In this document: positions 1 to 8,656 of the stretch, in pieces
How the letters are laid out: the number at the start of each line of letters is the position of its first letter
How positions within the stretch are numbered: the first letter of the stretch is position 1
Translations under genes and position numbers: made by a program
Assembly: GCA_964637665.1 (NCBI GenBank)
Contig: CAZWUX010000004.1
Span: 3,080-41,185 of the forward strand
DNA length: 38,106 bases
DNA from: an uncultured Anaerolineae bacterium
Lineage (GTDB): Bacteria > Chloroflexota > Anaerolineae > Aggregatilineales > UBA3940
Direction: 5' to 3'
The notes under the pieces: model-generated
Told to the model about the DNA's origin: nothing
The model's input: only the letters and a program-made list of their open reading frames with translations
Databases searched by the model: none

Positions 1-480
1 ATAGTAGTTGATGAGGTTATCGGTTGTTTTGTGCCCGTTGCACTCGAGGAAGGCAACGTCGGGGTTCGCGTCTGCAACCTCGTAAACGAAGTCGGCATAC
101 TCCGACGTGATGAAGATCATCTTGGCGCCGTCGTCGACGAACTGCTGAAGCGTGCGGCTGGCCTCATCCGAGAAGGGCATACTCTCCACCATCTCAGTTG
201 TGACATCGGGGTACGTTTCATCAACCGCCAGGCGCCCCTGATCGTGGGACCAGGTCCAGCCCTCATCTGAAACTGGGCCGACATGACCGAAGGCTACCAG
301 TACCGGTTCTCCTGGTCCTGCTTCCTCAACGGTTGTGGCCTCTTCCTCGGCGGGGGCGGCCTCTTCTTCCGCTGGTGCGGCCTCTTCCTCGGCGGGTGGC
401 GCAGGCTGGGCGCATCCCACGAGGAGCAGCGCTGACAAAATGACCAGAGGTAGCCACCAGGCTGATTTTCTGGTTAACAT
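1..480 (-). CDS. BMP-family (PnrA/Med-like, nucleoside-type) ABC transporter substrate-binding lipoprotein; N-terminal 160 codons only, gene continues past the window start
   Basis: Absent from the ORF track because it runs off the edge. Reverse-strand translation from ATG 480-478 stays open to position 1: MLTRKSAWWLPLVILSALLLVGCAQPAPPAEEEAAPAEEEAAPAEEEATTVEEAGPGEPVLVAFGHVGPVSDEGWTWSHDQGRLAVDETYPDV...DANPDVAFLECNGHKTTDNLINYY. It has a signal peptide with lipobox LLVGC and an E/A/P linker. The VGPxxDxGWxxxHxxG and PDVxF..G.KTxDN patterns are ones I recognise from BMP/basic-membrane-lipoprotein SBPs. SD CAGGAGG lies upstream of the ATG. Confidence 0.7.
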   Translation of the reverse strand, partial: MLTRKSAWWLPLVILSALLLVGCAQPAPPAEEEAAPAEEEAAPAEEEATTVEEAGPGEPVLVAFGHVGPVSDEGWTWSHDQGRLAVDETYPDVTTEMVESMPFSDEASRTLQQFVDDGAKMIFITSEYADFVYEVADANPDVAFLECNGHKTTDNLINYY

Positions 481-645
481 CTTTTCCTCCTGACATTCTG
501 GGTGAATGTGAACTGGCCGAATAATAGGGAAATACGGGGGTTCTTCGCTGCGTCACCTCCTTGGAGTATGAAATCCCGGCTCGTTGGCCCCGGGTGGTTC
601 TTACGTAACCGGTGTCAGATAGTGCGGACAACTGCCGCGCCACGG

Positions 646-1668
646 CTAGTCAAGCTGAGCGATCAAGTCATCTATCTCCTGACCCCATTCCCTCCGCCAT
701 TGACGTTTGGTCGGATCAGGCAGCCAGGAGCCATCGATCCCGTTGAGAACAATCTCCCTGAAATCTTCCGGGGTGAACTGCATATGTTCGGCGCACAGGA
801 TGTACTCATATGTGGGGTCCGTATGGAACATCGGCGGGTCGTCCGAATTCAGCATGATCTTCAGGCCCTTTTCCTTCATTCCACGGACCGGATGCTGGCT
901 GTAGTCCTTCCCAAAATAGACGAAGGCTGTTGAGGCGACGCAGGCTGTGAAGACGACGCCTTCATCCCGACAGCGCTGCGTTATCTGCTCATCCCCGAGC
1001 ACGTGGTATCCGTGATCGATACGTTCACAGCCGAGAAGGTCGAGACAGGTTTCGATGTTGCGGGCCGGGGCATCCTCGCAGGCGTGCGCGGTCAGGTGAA
1101 GCCCACCCTTTGCACCCAGCCGAAACGCCTTCCAGAATTTCTCCGGCGGATTGCCCTCTTCGGCATAGTCCAGTCCCATGCCGATCAGCTCTTCGCGCGG
1201 GTGATCGAGCACGATCTCGATCATTTCGTACCCCTCTTCGGGGGACTTCATTCGATTAACGTCAGCAATCAGGCTGCACGTTATGCCGAAGTCCGTTTCG
1301 GCATCCCGAAGCCCGGCAATGATGCCATCGATGGCCGTCTCATACGAGACGCCCATTTCCAGGTGGTCCATCGGGCTCCAGAACATCTCGCGATGGCGTA
1401 CACTGTGTGCGTGGGCTTCTTCCAGCGTTTCATACATAATTCGGTGGAAGTCATCATGGTCGCGAACGCAGTGCCCCACAAGGTTGTAGATCTTCAAGAA
1501 GTCGAGGATATTGTCATACTCGTACAGGTCCTTGGGCGTTTCATACGCAGGCAGTTCAACGTCGTGTTTGGCAGCTAATTCCACTAAGGTTGAAGCCTGA
1601 ACCGATCCCTCCAGGTGGAGGTGCAGTTCAACTTTTGGGATCTTTTGAAGGAACTCCTGCATATTCAT
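646..1668 (-). CDS. add: adenosine/adenine deaminase family amidohydrolase
   Basis: 340-aa ORF with family signatures: N-terminal PKVELHLHLEGS metal site, LTAHACED, ERIDHG and C-terminal NSDDPPMF. SD AGGGGGG lies 5 nt before ATG 1668. I cannot tell from sequence whether the substrate is adenosine, adenine or another aminopurine. Confidence 0.88.
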   Translation of the reverse strand: MNMQEFLQKIPKVELHLHLEGSVQASTLVELAAKHDVELPAYETPKDLYEYDNILDFLKIYNLVGHCVRDHDDFHRIMYETLEEAHAHSVRHREMFWSPMDHLEMGVSYETAIDGIIAGLRDAETDFGITCSLIADVNRMKSPEEGYEMIEIVLDHPREELIGMGLDYAEEGNPPEKFWKAFRLGAKGGLHLTAHACEDAPARNIETCLDLLGCERIDHGYHVLGDEQITQRCRDEGVVFTACVASTAFVYFGKDYSQHPVRGMKEKGLKIMLNSDDPPMFHTDPTYEYILCAEHMQFTPEDFREIVLNGIDGSWLPDPTKRQWRREWGQEIDDLIAQLD

Positions 1669-1920
1669 TTTGTCCCCCCTTGTTGTTATAGGGCTAAAAA
1701 AGATGGGCCAGAGTTGAATCGGTGGAACGTGCGCCGTGCCCTCTGGACCGCACCGTACTGCTTAACGGGCCACAGCAGTTGTGTTATAATCAGGCCGCGC
1801 CGTCGACGCTCTAAGGTGTCACGGCGTTCGGTCGCCAGCACCGCTGCTGCCGCGAGCACACGAACAAGGTGTCATGCACCCGACACACGGACCTCGCCGG
1901 GAACAGTGGTATGGTTGGCC

Positions 1921-2108
1921 TGATAAACAGGAGCAGAGCGTTGTGCCGCTAACACGAAACGCTCTGCTCCTTCTCCTCGGAAAACGCAGTTGCCTGGTCT
2001 ATAAAGATGGCGGCTGGTAGCCTGGCTTAAGCCCGTTCCTTCCCCTGCACCGGGCTTTCACAGTTGCGGGACAGCGCTGGATTCTCACCGGCTTTCCCAG
2101 AAACGCAT
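1921..2108 (-). promoter_or_regulatory. cobalamin (B12) riboswitch, copy A, with terminator-type expression platform
   Basis: The reverse-strand RNA reads CUGGGAAAGCCGGUGAGAAUCCAGCGCUGUCCCGCAACUGUGAAAGCCCGGUGCAGGGGAAGGAACGGGCUUAAGCCAGGCUACCAGCCGCC. This matches the conserved Cbl core (GGGAA, GGUGAGAAUCC, GC.GUCCCGCAACUGU) and a B12-box-like AGCCAGG..ACC.GCC. A perfect 13-bp hairpin GGAGCAGAGCGUU/AACGCUCUGCUCC (1930-1970) plus UGUUUAU follows. It lies between the GntR stop (2142) and the add start (1668). Confidence 0.85.
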
Positions 2109-2141
2109 CGATGTTGGCCGCGCGTAATTTGACTTCTCTGT

Positions 2142-2903
2142 CTATCTCCTCGGATCGCGGTAGCGGATCAGATCAAAGCTCATATGATTACCGGGATAAA
2201 ATTCATAGGAATGCCATACGGGATGCTCGTCGGCGTTATAGCCGACCTCTTCGATGACGAGCACCGGGGTGTTCGGCGCCTGCGGCATGTCGGGGAAATC
2301 ACAGGCCGCGACCGTGCTGGCCTGGATCGATGCGATGTGGTAGTCGACGCGCTGCCCGCACCGTATCTCCAGAAAATCGAATAGAGGCTCGGTGATCTCC
2401 GGGTCCTGATCGATCTCCTTTACGATGCCGTCGCTGAAGACCCAGATGGGGATCGTGTTGACGCAGTAGATGACCGGCTCGCCGTCGGCGAAGAAGATTT
2501 TCTCGGCGCGTAACACCCGGCTGGCAGGCTCGATCTGGAGGGCGTCCGCCGCCTGCTCGTTCACTTCCTCGAAGGCAGCACTGACAAATTCCACGTCGTA
2601 ATCGAAGCCGTTGCCCGTGATGAGCGTCTCGAAATCCATCGCCTCGTTGAGTGGGTGAGAGAGCCGGGACAGCTTGCTGATGAAGTTCCCCACGCCGTGA
2701 CGGCGCACGATGAGTCCGCGCGCGGCGAGGGCGCTGATGGCGCTGCGGACGGTCGCGCGGCTGACCTTAAACTCGGCGGCGAGGTTGTGCTCCGGCGGCA
2801 GTTGTGTTTCGGGCGGGTAGATGCCCTCTTTGATGCGTTGAAAAAGGATCCCGCGCACTTGATGCGACAAAGGTGTTCCGCGCACAGGTGTACGAGAGGC
2901 CAT
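2142..2903 (-). CDS. GntR-family (HutC/UTRA subfamily) transcriptional regulator
   Basis: Winged-helix motif LPPEHNLAAEFKVSRATVRSAISALAARGLIVRRHGVGNFI followed by a UTRA-like effector domain of about 150 aa. I placed the start at ATG 2903 (MASRTPVRG...). The 40 extra upstream codons in the track ORF (to 3023) look non-coding. Confidence 0.8.
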   Translation of the reverse strand: MASRTPVRGTPLSHQVRGILFQRIKEGIYPPETQLPPEHNLAAEFKVSRATVRSAISALAARGLIVRRHGVGNFISKLSRLSHPLNEAMDFETLITGNGFDYDVEFVSAAFEEVNEQAADALQIEPASRVLRAEKIFFADGEPVIYCVNTIPIWVFSDGIVKEIDQDPEITEPLFDFLEIRCGQRVDYHIASIQASTVAACDFPDMPQAPNTPVLVIEEVGYNADEHPVWHSYEFYPGNHMSFDLIRYRDPRR

Positions 2904-3148
2904 TGGTCGCACCCCAATCAAATCAAACCGCCTTGGCAAGCTGCTGGCGAGGTCCCTGTGTGAACAGGCGAGTGGACACACCACAGCAGGAGTATCAAAG
3001 GGCACCGCGGAGATGGCAGCCATCTGACAACCCCAGCGTATAATAAGATAGGCGGGCTGTCAATATTCCTCGCCTAACCTGACAAAGTGGATGAGATTAG
3101 ATTCAGAGAGGAGCGAGGAAACGCACTGCGCTTTGTTCTCCTTCCTGC

Positions 3149-4981
3149 TTACAGATACATCGCGCTCAGGAAGTGCCGCTGAAATTCGGGGTGTGTGGTC
3201 AGCTCGACGTATTCCACGCGCCGCAGGAACGCGTCGATCACGCCCTGCTGCTCGTTCGAGAGCAGCACGCGCTGCGCGCCCATGCCCGCCGCGTTGCCGA
3301 CCTGCCGGAAGCGCTCGACGGGGATATCCGGGAACATCCCGATGCGGATCGCGTTCGGGACGTCGATGTACGTCCCGAACGCGCCCGCCACGATAAACGT
3401 CTGTATCTCGTCCGCCGGGATGCCCGCCTCGGCCAGCAGGATGTCGATCCCGGCCCGAATGGCCGCCTTGGCAAGCTGAATTTCGTTCACGTCGCTGCGG
3501 GTGATGGTGATATCGCGGCCATGTCCGGTTTTTTCCGCCGGAACGAGCACGAACTCCGGGGGTTTGCCGTCCCCCCCGGCCCTCACCTGCGGGTGATCGA
3601 CGATCAAAGCGCCTGTGTTCTCGATAATGCCCGCCGAGCGCATCTCAGCGACGGCGTCCAGAATACCCGACCCGCAGATTCCGACCGGCGGTGCGTCGTC
3701 GATCGTGTAGATGAGCGTGTCGCCCTCCGTCAGGCGGATGCGCTCGACCGCGCCCGCTGCGGCCCGCATCCCCGCGCGGATGTGCGCGCCCTCGAACGCC
3801 GGGCCGGAGGCGCACGAGCAGCTCAACAGGCGATCGCCGACCGCCAGCGTGATCTCGGTGTTCGTCCCGATGTCGAGGGCGATGGCCGGTTCGTCGAACT
3901 GCCAGATGCCGGTCGCCAGAATCATCGCGACGTGGTCGGCCCCGACGTAGCCCGCGATGTTCGGCAGCAGGTGGACGCGCGCCCCCGATGCCAGTTCGAG
4001 GCCGAGATCGTGCGCCCGCATGTCGAGCGCATCGCTCACGGCGGGCACGTAGGGCGACAGCGCAAGCTGCCGGACCGGAAGCCCGGCGAACAGGTGGTGC
4101 ATGGCCGTATTGCCCACGACGACGGCCTCGACGACGTGCTCAGGCGGTTGGCTCACCTCGCCGCACATCTCCGCCACCATGCCGTTCAGAGCCTCGACCA
4201 CCTGTTGTTGGAGCGCCCGGCGGCCCTGCGCCTCTTGGTTGGCGTAGGCGATGCGGCTGATCACGTCCTCGCCATAGGCGATCTGCGGGTTCATCGCCCC
4301 CCGCTGGGCTAACACCGCGCCGGTCGCCAGATCGAGCAGATAGGCGGCCATCTTCGTCGTGCCGATGTCGACCGCCAGCCCCAGCAGCCGCGTCTCAGGC
4401 GGCAGCACGGCGACGACCTCGCCGCGCCGCAGCGCCAGCCGGGCGGACCAGTCGGCTGCCCGCAGCCGGTCCGACAGATCGGCCAGCAGCGGCCACCCGA
4501 TCGCGACCGGCGAAATCCCCTGCTCGGCCAGCGCGTCTCTAAGCCGCGTCGTGTCCGAGCGTAAATCGTGCAATGTGGGCGGGCTGAGCGTCACGTCGAC
4601 GGCCTTTACCGGCGGATTTAGGTCCACGTCGGCCCGCTGGCCCTCGACCTGAAGCCGCTGCGGGGCGGACAGCGATTCGGGCGGGATGTCGATCCGAACG
4701 TCGCCCAGCACCCGCGCCTGGCAGGCCATCCGCAGGCCCCCGGCCAACTCGTCGGCAGTCAGGATATCCTCCTCCGCCGTCGTCGGCGGGGAGAGCCTGC
4801 CCTCCACCACCCGCACGATGCAGCTCTCACACCAGCCCTCGCCGCCGCACAGCGAGACGATCCCGACGCCCGCCGACTGCGCGGCGGCCAGCAGCGTCGT
4901 GCCGGGTTCGACCTCGATCCGGCGTCCGACCGGCTCCATGTCGACGAGCAGGTGTCCGGCGTCAGGTGGTGGCTGGCTCAT
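3149..4981 (-). CDS. corrinoid reductive activase (RACo/AcsV/RamA-like): N-terminal plant-type 2Fe-2S ferredoxin + ASKHA ATPase (DUF4445) domain
   Basis: 610 aa. The N-terminus has the cysteine pattern SLCGGEGWCESC...ACQ. ASKHA phosphate motifs follow: LAVDIGTTKMAAY, VVVGNTAMHHL, ALDIGTNTEI, CSCASGPAFEG. The start overlaps the upstream gene by 20 nt. Confidence 0.8.
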   Translation of the reverse strand: MSQPPPDAGHLLVDMEPVGRRIEVEPGTTLLAAAQSAGVGIVSLCGGEGWCESCIVRVVEGRLSPPTTAEEDILTADELAGGLRMACQARVLGDVRIDIPPESLSAPQRLQVEGQRADVDLNPPVKAVDVTLSPPTLHDLRSDTTRLRDALAEQGISPVAIGWPLLADLSDRLRAADWSARLALRRGEVVAVLPPETRLLGLAVDIGTTKMAAYLLDLATGAVLAQRGAMNPQIAYGEDVISRIAYANQEAQGRRALQQQVVEALNGMVAEMCGEVSQPPEHVVEAVVVGNTAMHHLFAGLPVRQLALSPYVPAVSDALDMRAHDLGLELASGARVHLLPNIAGYVGADHVAMILATGIWQFDEPAIALDIGTNTEITLAVGDRLLSCSCASGPAFEGAHIRAGMRAAAGAVERIRLTEGDTLIYTIDDAPPVGICGSGILDAVAEMRSAGIIENTGALIVDHPQVRAGGDGKPPEFVLVPAEKTGHGRDITITRSDVNEIQLAKAAIRAGIDILLAEAGIPADEIQTFIVAGAFGTYIDVPNAIRIGMFPDIPVERFRQVGNAAGMGAQRVLLSNEQQGVIDAFLRRVEYVELTTHPEFQRHFLSAMYL

Positions 4982-5666
4982 AGTGATCCTGGTAGCGGCA
5001 GGTTTCCCGCATACTGCAATAATCGCAGGTTCGCCCCCCGCTGTTGATTTCGGCCCCGATGCCCAGCACCATCGACAGCGATTTCCGGGGGATCATCGTG
5101 CCGTACTCGGTGAGGGTGATGTCGACCTCGTCCATCAGACTGAATATCTGCGGCTGACCGACTTCGACGGGCCAGCCGAGCATACCCGGACTCAGGGGGA
5201 TCGTCGTCTGCATACCGGAGAGGGCCGCCTCGTCCTCGAACTGGCGGCAGGCCCAGTTCGCCAGCGCCTCGACGGCGGCGGACCCCACGCCGTCGAGCGC
5301 CAGCCCATAGACCAGCTCGTCCTGAATCACGCGGGCGGACAGCTCCTCCAGCGACGGACCGATGGTGCAGATCAGCGCGACGACGCGCTCCGCCGGGCCG
5401 AGGTGCTGCGCGATCAGCGGGCCGCTCAACGTGCCTCCCCCGGCCAGCGTCAGCCGTTCGTGCCGCAGCCCTTCCACCTCGAACGTCTGGTAGACGGTCT
5501 GTGGCTGGAGCATCGCGCGGCCCACCTTCAGCGCGCGTGCCGCCGTCTCGACGAGGTGCGGGCTTCGAGCGCGGATAGCCGCAGGATCGGCACCCTGTCC
5601 GCGCAGCACGTCGTCCACGTCGATGGTGGGTTCCCAGTCTTCCAGCTTGGGCATTCCTCTCTCCAT
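4962..5666 (-). CDS. methionine-synthase (MetH) activation-domain-like protein (Met_synt_B12-like) with C-terminal Cys cluster
   Basis: 234 aa. SPGMLGWPVEVGQPQIFSLMD..ITLTEYGTMIPRKSLSMVLGIG resembles the MetH reactivation domain core (G(Y/W)P...Q..F.L....LTES..M.P..S.S). The C-terminus is CDYCSMRETC. The start may be ATG 5666 or ATG 5654 (MPKLED...), since the SD GGAGG sits between them. Confidence 0.6.
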   Translation of the reverse strand: MERGMPKLEDWEPTIDVDDVLRGQGADPAAIRARSPHLVETAARALKVGRAMLQPQTVYQTFEVEGLRHERLTLAGGGTLSGPLIAQHLGPAERVVALICTIGPSLEELSARVIQDELVYGLALDGVGSAAVEALANWACRQFEDEAALSGMQTTIPLSPGMLGWPVEVGQPQIFSLMDEVDITLTEYGTMIPRKSLSMVLGIGAEINSGGRTCDYCSMRETCRYQDHYEPATT

Positions 5667-5708
5667 CCTCCAGAGCTTGCGCCGCTTCGGGGCGCGCTCG
5701 CGATCGTT

Positions 5709-6326
5709 CTAACGCACGCCCAGCATCCCCAGAATCAGGTGGTGCGCCGTGCCGAACAGCTTCTGGAGATCGAAGGCGTCATTATCGACCAGATATTGGA
5801 CGGTCGCGCCCTCCATCAACGAGACCATCATGGCCGGGACGATACCGGCATACGCCGCGTCGAACTCGCCCCGCGCCACCCCCTCGTCGACGATGGCCTT
5901 GATCTCGGTCCGCCAGTTGGCGTACATGGACCGCAGCTTGTTGCGCACGTCCGCGTCGGTGGTTCCCTGCACCCAGAAGTTGTAGTACGTGTCCATGAGG
6001 TACCGGCGCTGCGTGATGATCTCCGCTTTCTGATCGAGGAAGCACGCCAGCTTGTCGGCGGACGAGCCGTCTAATTCCTGAAGCGCGCAGCGGCGCTCTT
6101 CTTTGAAGGTTTCGAGCATACGGTCGAGCAGCGCCAGAAAAAGCTCGGCTTTGGAGGGGAAATAATAGTGCAGGTTGCCCTGACTCATCCCCGCCCGGTC
6201 TGCGATGCCCCGCAGGGTGGTCCCGTCGATGTTGTGCTCTGCTATGGCGCTCAGCGTGGCGTCGAGGATCGCATTACGGGGTGATTCCCGCTCCACACCT
6301 GCGCCTTCGTCCACTGACTCGGACAT
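5709..6326 (-). CDS. TetR/AcrR-family transcriptional regulator
   Basis: HTH motif TLRGIADRAGMSQGNLHYYFPSKAELFLALL followed by a helical ligand domain. Start set at ATG 6326 (MSESVDEG...); the track ORF extends to 6401. Confidence 0.8.
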   Translation of the reverse strand: MSESVDEGAGVERESPRNAILDATLSAIAEHNIDGTTLRGIADRAGMSQGNLHYYFPSKAELFLALLDRMLETFKEERRCALQELDGSSADKLACFLDQKAEIITQRRYLMDTYYNFWVQGTTDADVRNKLRSMYANWRTEIKAIVDEGVARGEFDAAYAGIVPAMMVSLMEGATVQYLVDNDAFDLQKLFGTAHHLILGMLGVR

Positions 6327-6473
6327 GAAACGCCTCCCTGGGAGGAACTCCCGATCATCTGGCTTCAGATCGTAGCGCGGGGCGGGAGAGCCTACAAACA
6401 CCGGCCAGCGGTGGCCGGGTCGCCGCTCGCGCCCACCGGGGGCGCGAGCGGCACCTGAAAGTGGAGGGAGGCG

Positions 6474-7868
6474 CTAGTCCCAGGGTCCCTGCTCGAACGC
6501 GAGTCCGAGCGAGGACAGTTCTTCCTTCACCCGGCGGTAGCAGTCCTGCCATTCCTGCGTGGGCGTGACGGTCTTGACGTTGTAGGCTTCGGAGAAAGGC
6601 TTGCCGCGCTTCGGATTCTTGAACGTGTCTTTGTACTTTTCGAGCAGCGTGAGGGCGATCTCGTTGGCCTGCTCGCGGGTGATCCCGGCGCGGGTCGTCG
6701 CGCGGGCCACCTCACCCTGGAAGCCACATTCCAGCCCGGTGTGGTGATCGACCAGGTTGCCGCCCGTGCTGCCGACGCCGTGCTGCGTGAAGCTGCACAC
6801 CTCGCCCAGCATGGCGTGCCCGGCCACCTCGTAGAGCAGCTCGTCGGTGCAGGGGCCGCACATGCAGAAGGGGTCGTCCGTGTAGACGAGGTGCGTGTTG
6901 CGCCCCATCGCCTGCCCGACGGTCGACAGGACGTACATGCCCCAGGGATCGGAGTTGTTCGTCCACTTGATGTGCGTGATGCTGAGGTAGTGATAGGTGG
7001 CGAAGTAGCAGATCACGCCGATCAGGAACTCGGCAACCGAGACGATGGCGACACCCTCCGGTGGCCCACCGACCCCGCCCGTGAGCGGCGTCATCAGGTT
7101 GACGATGTGCGATCCGTAGTTAAGTAGATGCGGAACGCGGGCAAGCTGATCGTCGTCGACCTTCAACTCGCACATCTGGGCGACCAATCGCCCATCACAG
7201 GGTCGCAGACCGTTGACCGGCTCGCTCGCCGCCATCTTGCCGATGGCGGTCATGCCGGTCGCCGCGTCGCCGATGTGCATCCCCGGACGCCCGACCCGGC
7301 GCACGGCCTCGCGCGCGCTGGCGGCGTCGCGCTGGACGGCCATGACCTCCGTCAGCGTTCTCGCCATGATGTCGTAGCCGTTGTAGGTCAGCGTCGCGCC
7401 CGACTCGATGGCGTCCACGTAGGGTTCCTGCGCGTAGCTGATCAGCAGCGGCAGGTAGTAGTCCTCGCTGCACGGCTGCCCGGCGGGGCCGGTGAGATTG
7501 TACGACGGGCTGGGGTCCTCGACGCCGCGATGCTTCGCGACGACCATATCCGCGCCCTCGCCCAGCCGCAGCTCGGACGGCGCGTACCGCAGGGCCTCCA
7601 TGATCTCCGAGCGGCTGAACTTGATCACCCGCTGGGTGTCGAGGTGGTAGCAGCCCACGTCGAGCAGAAGCTGCACCCCGGCCTCAAACAGCCGGTCGGC
7701 CATCGCGTCATCTGACGGGCAGACAAGCTGCGGGTCATAGGTGATCTCGTATTCTCTCGCGAGTTCTACCACGCGGCGTCCGACCATCAGGTCGAACTCG
7801 ACTTCCTTCATGAACGGGCCTGAGCGCGAGCGCTGGTAGATCTCCATCAAACGGTCGTTCATGAACAT
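6474..7868 (-). CDS. MtmB-family (monomethylamine:corrinoid methyltransferase-like) protein lacking pyrrolysine
   Basis: 464 aa and uninterrupted. Blocks shared with my recollection of archaeal MtmB: GRPGM, ELKVD, PLTGGVGG, HIKW, CGPCTDE, TGLE..GEVARAT, AYNVKTVTPTQEW. The gene follows the corrinoid protein gene with a 2-nt gap. Confidence 0.75.
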   Translation of the reverse strand: MFMNDRLMEIYQRSRSGPFMKEVEFDLMVGRRVVELAREYEITYDPQLVCPSDDAMADRLFEAGVQLLLDVGCYHLDTQRVIKFSRSEIMEALRYAPSELRLGEGADMVVAKHRGVEDPSPSYNLTGPAGQPCSEDYYLPLLISYAQEPYVDAIESGATLTYNGYDIMARTLTEVMAVQRDAASAREAVRRVGRPGMHIGDAATGMTAIGKMAASEPVNGLRPCDGRLVAQMCELKVDDDQLARVPHLLNYGSHIVNLMTPLTGGVGGPPEGVAIVSVAEFLIGVICYFATYHYLSITHIKWTNNSDPWGMYVLSTVGQAMGRNTHLVYTDDPFCMCGPCTDELLYEVAGHAMLGEVCSFTQHGVGSTGGNLVDHHTGLECGFQGEVARATTRAGITREQANEIALTLLEKYKDTFKNPKRGKPFSEAYNVKTVTPTQEWQDCYRRVKEELSSLGLAFEQGPWD

Positions 7869-7870
7869 GG

Positions 7871-8545
7871 CTATGCTTCCTTTCGAGCAGCGAGAAGGGA
7901 ATTGGCAACCTGCACGGCGCCCGACGCCGAATCGGAATAGCCGTTCGCGCCGATCTCGTCGGCATATTCCTGATCGATGGAGCCGCCGCCGACGATGAAG
8001 AGGTACTTATCTTCCAGGCCAAGCTCGCGCAGCAGGTCGGCGACCTCGCGCGCACCGGCCCGCGTGATGCTCATCAGGGCCGACGCGGCGATCACGTCCG
8101 CGCCGTTGCTCTCGGCGGCATCGATGAAGTCCGCCGCCGCCACGTCCTTGCCGAGATCCACCACCTTGTAGTTGTGGGCCTTGAACAGGCTGGCGACGAT
8201 GTTCTTGCCGATGTCGTGGATGTCGCCCTTGACCGTGCCCAGAATGACGAGGCCCTGCGCTTCCATCGCGCCGCCCCGGCTGGTGATGGCATCCTCGATG
8301 ACCTTCGAGGCCGCGTTGCCCGCCTCGCCTGCCGCCATCAACTCAGGCAGGAAAATTTCGAGGTCCTCGAAGCGCCTGCCGACTTCGGTCAGGGTGGGGA
8401 CGATCACCTGCTGGACGAGGGCCAGCGGCTCGATGCCCCCCTCCAGCGCCGCCTCCGTCGCGGCGGCTGCGGCCTCGCGGTCGCCCTGAGCCAGCGCCGA
8501 CGCCAGTTTCTCGGCTACGTCGTTTGGAATGGTAGATGCGGTCAC
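7871..8545 (-). CDS. cobalamin-binding corrinoid protein (MtmC/MttC/MtbC-like, B12-binding cap + Rossmann domain)
   Basis: 224 aa with the DxHxxG signature GDIHDIGKN, SALMSIT and GGG motifs, and an N-terminal helical cap. GTG start at 8545 with SD AGGAGGGAG 6 nt upstream. Confidence 0.85.
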   Translation of the reverse strand: MTASTIPNDVAEKLASALAQGDREAAAAATEAALEGGIEPLALVQQVIVPTLTEVGRRFEDLEIFLPELMAAGEAGNAASKVIEDAITSRGGAMEAQGLVILGTVKGDIHDIGKNIVASLFKAHNYKVVDLGKDVAAADFIDAAESNGADVIAASALMSITRAGAREVADLLRELGLEDKYLFIVGGGSIDQEYADEIGANGYSDSASGAVQVANSLLAARKEA

Positions 8546-8656
8546 GTTCGCTCCCTCCTGTTTGTGTGGAACATAGTGGTGAGCACCCAGTTAAAGGCCC
8601 ATCATGTCTGGGAAATATCGTTTTTCGGTCGGTGAACGCCCTGCGCGGCACATATA

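Noticed and set aside
326-400. Tandem ~21-nt DNA repeat (ggcctcttcctcggcggg x3).
   Set aside because: It is simply the coding sequence of the EEEAAPA linker repeats in the lipoprotein and is not a regulatory repeat.
1669-1920. A purine or 2'-dG riboswitch in the add leader (a UAUAA-containing stretch near 1785).
   Set aside because: The UAUAAU string is on the wrong strand. The purine-riboswitch loop and junction consensus (UAUGG.., CCGUAAA, GACUAUG) is absent on the coding strand.
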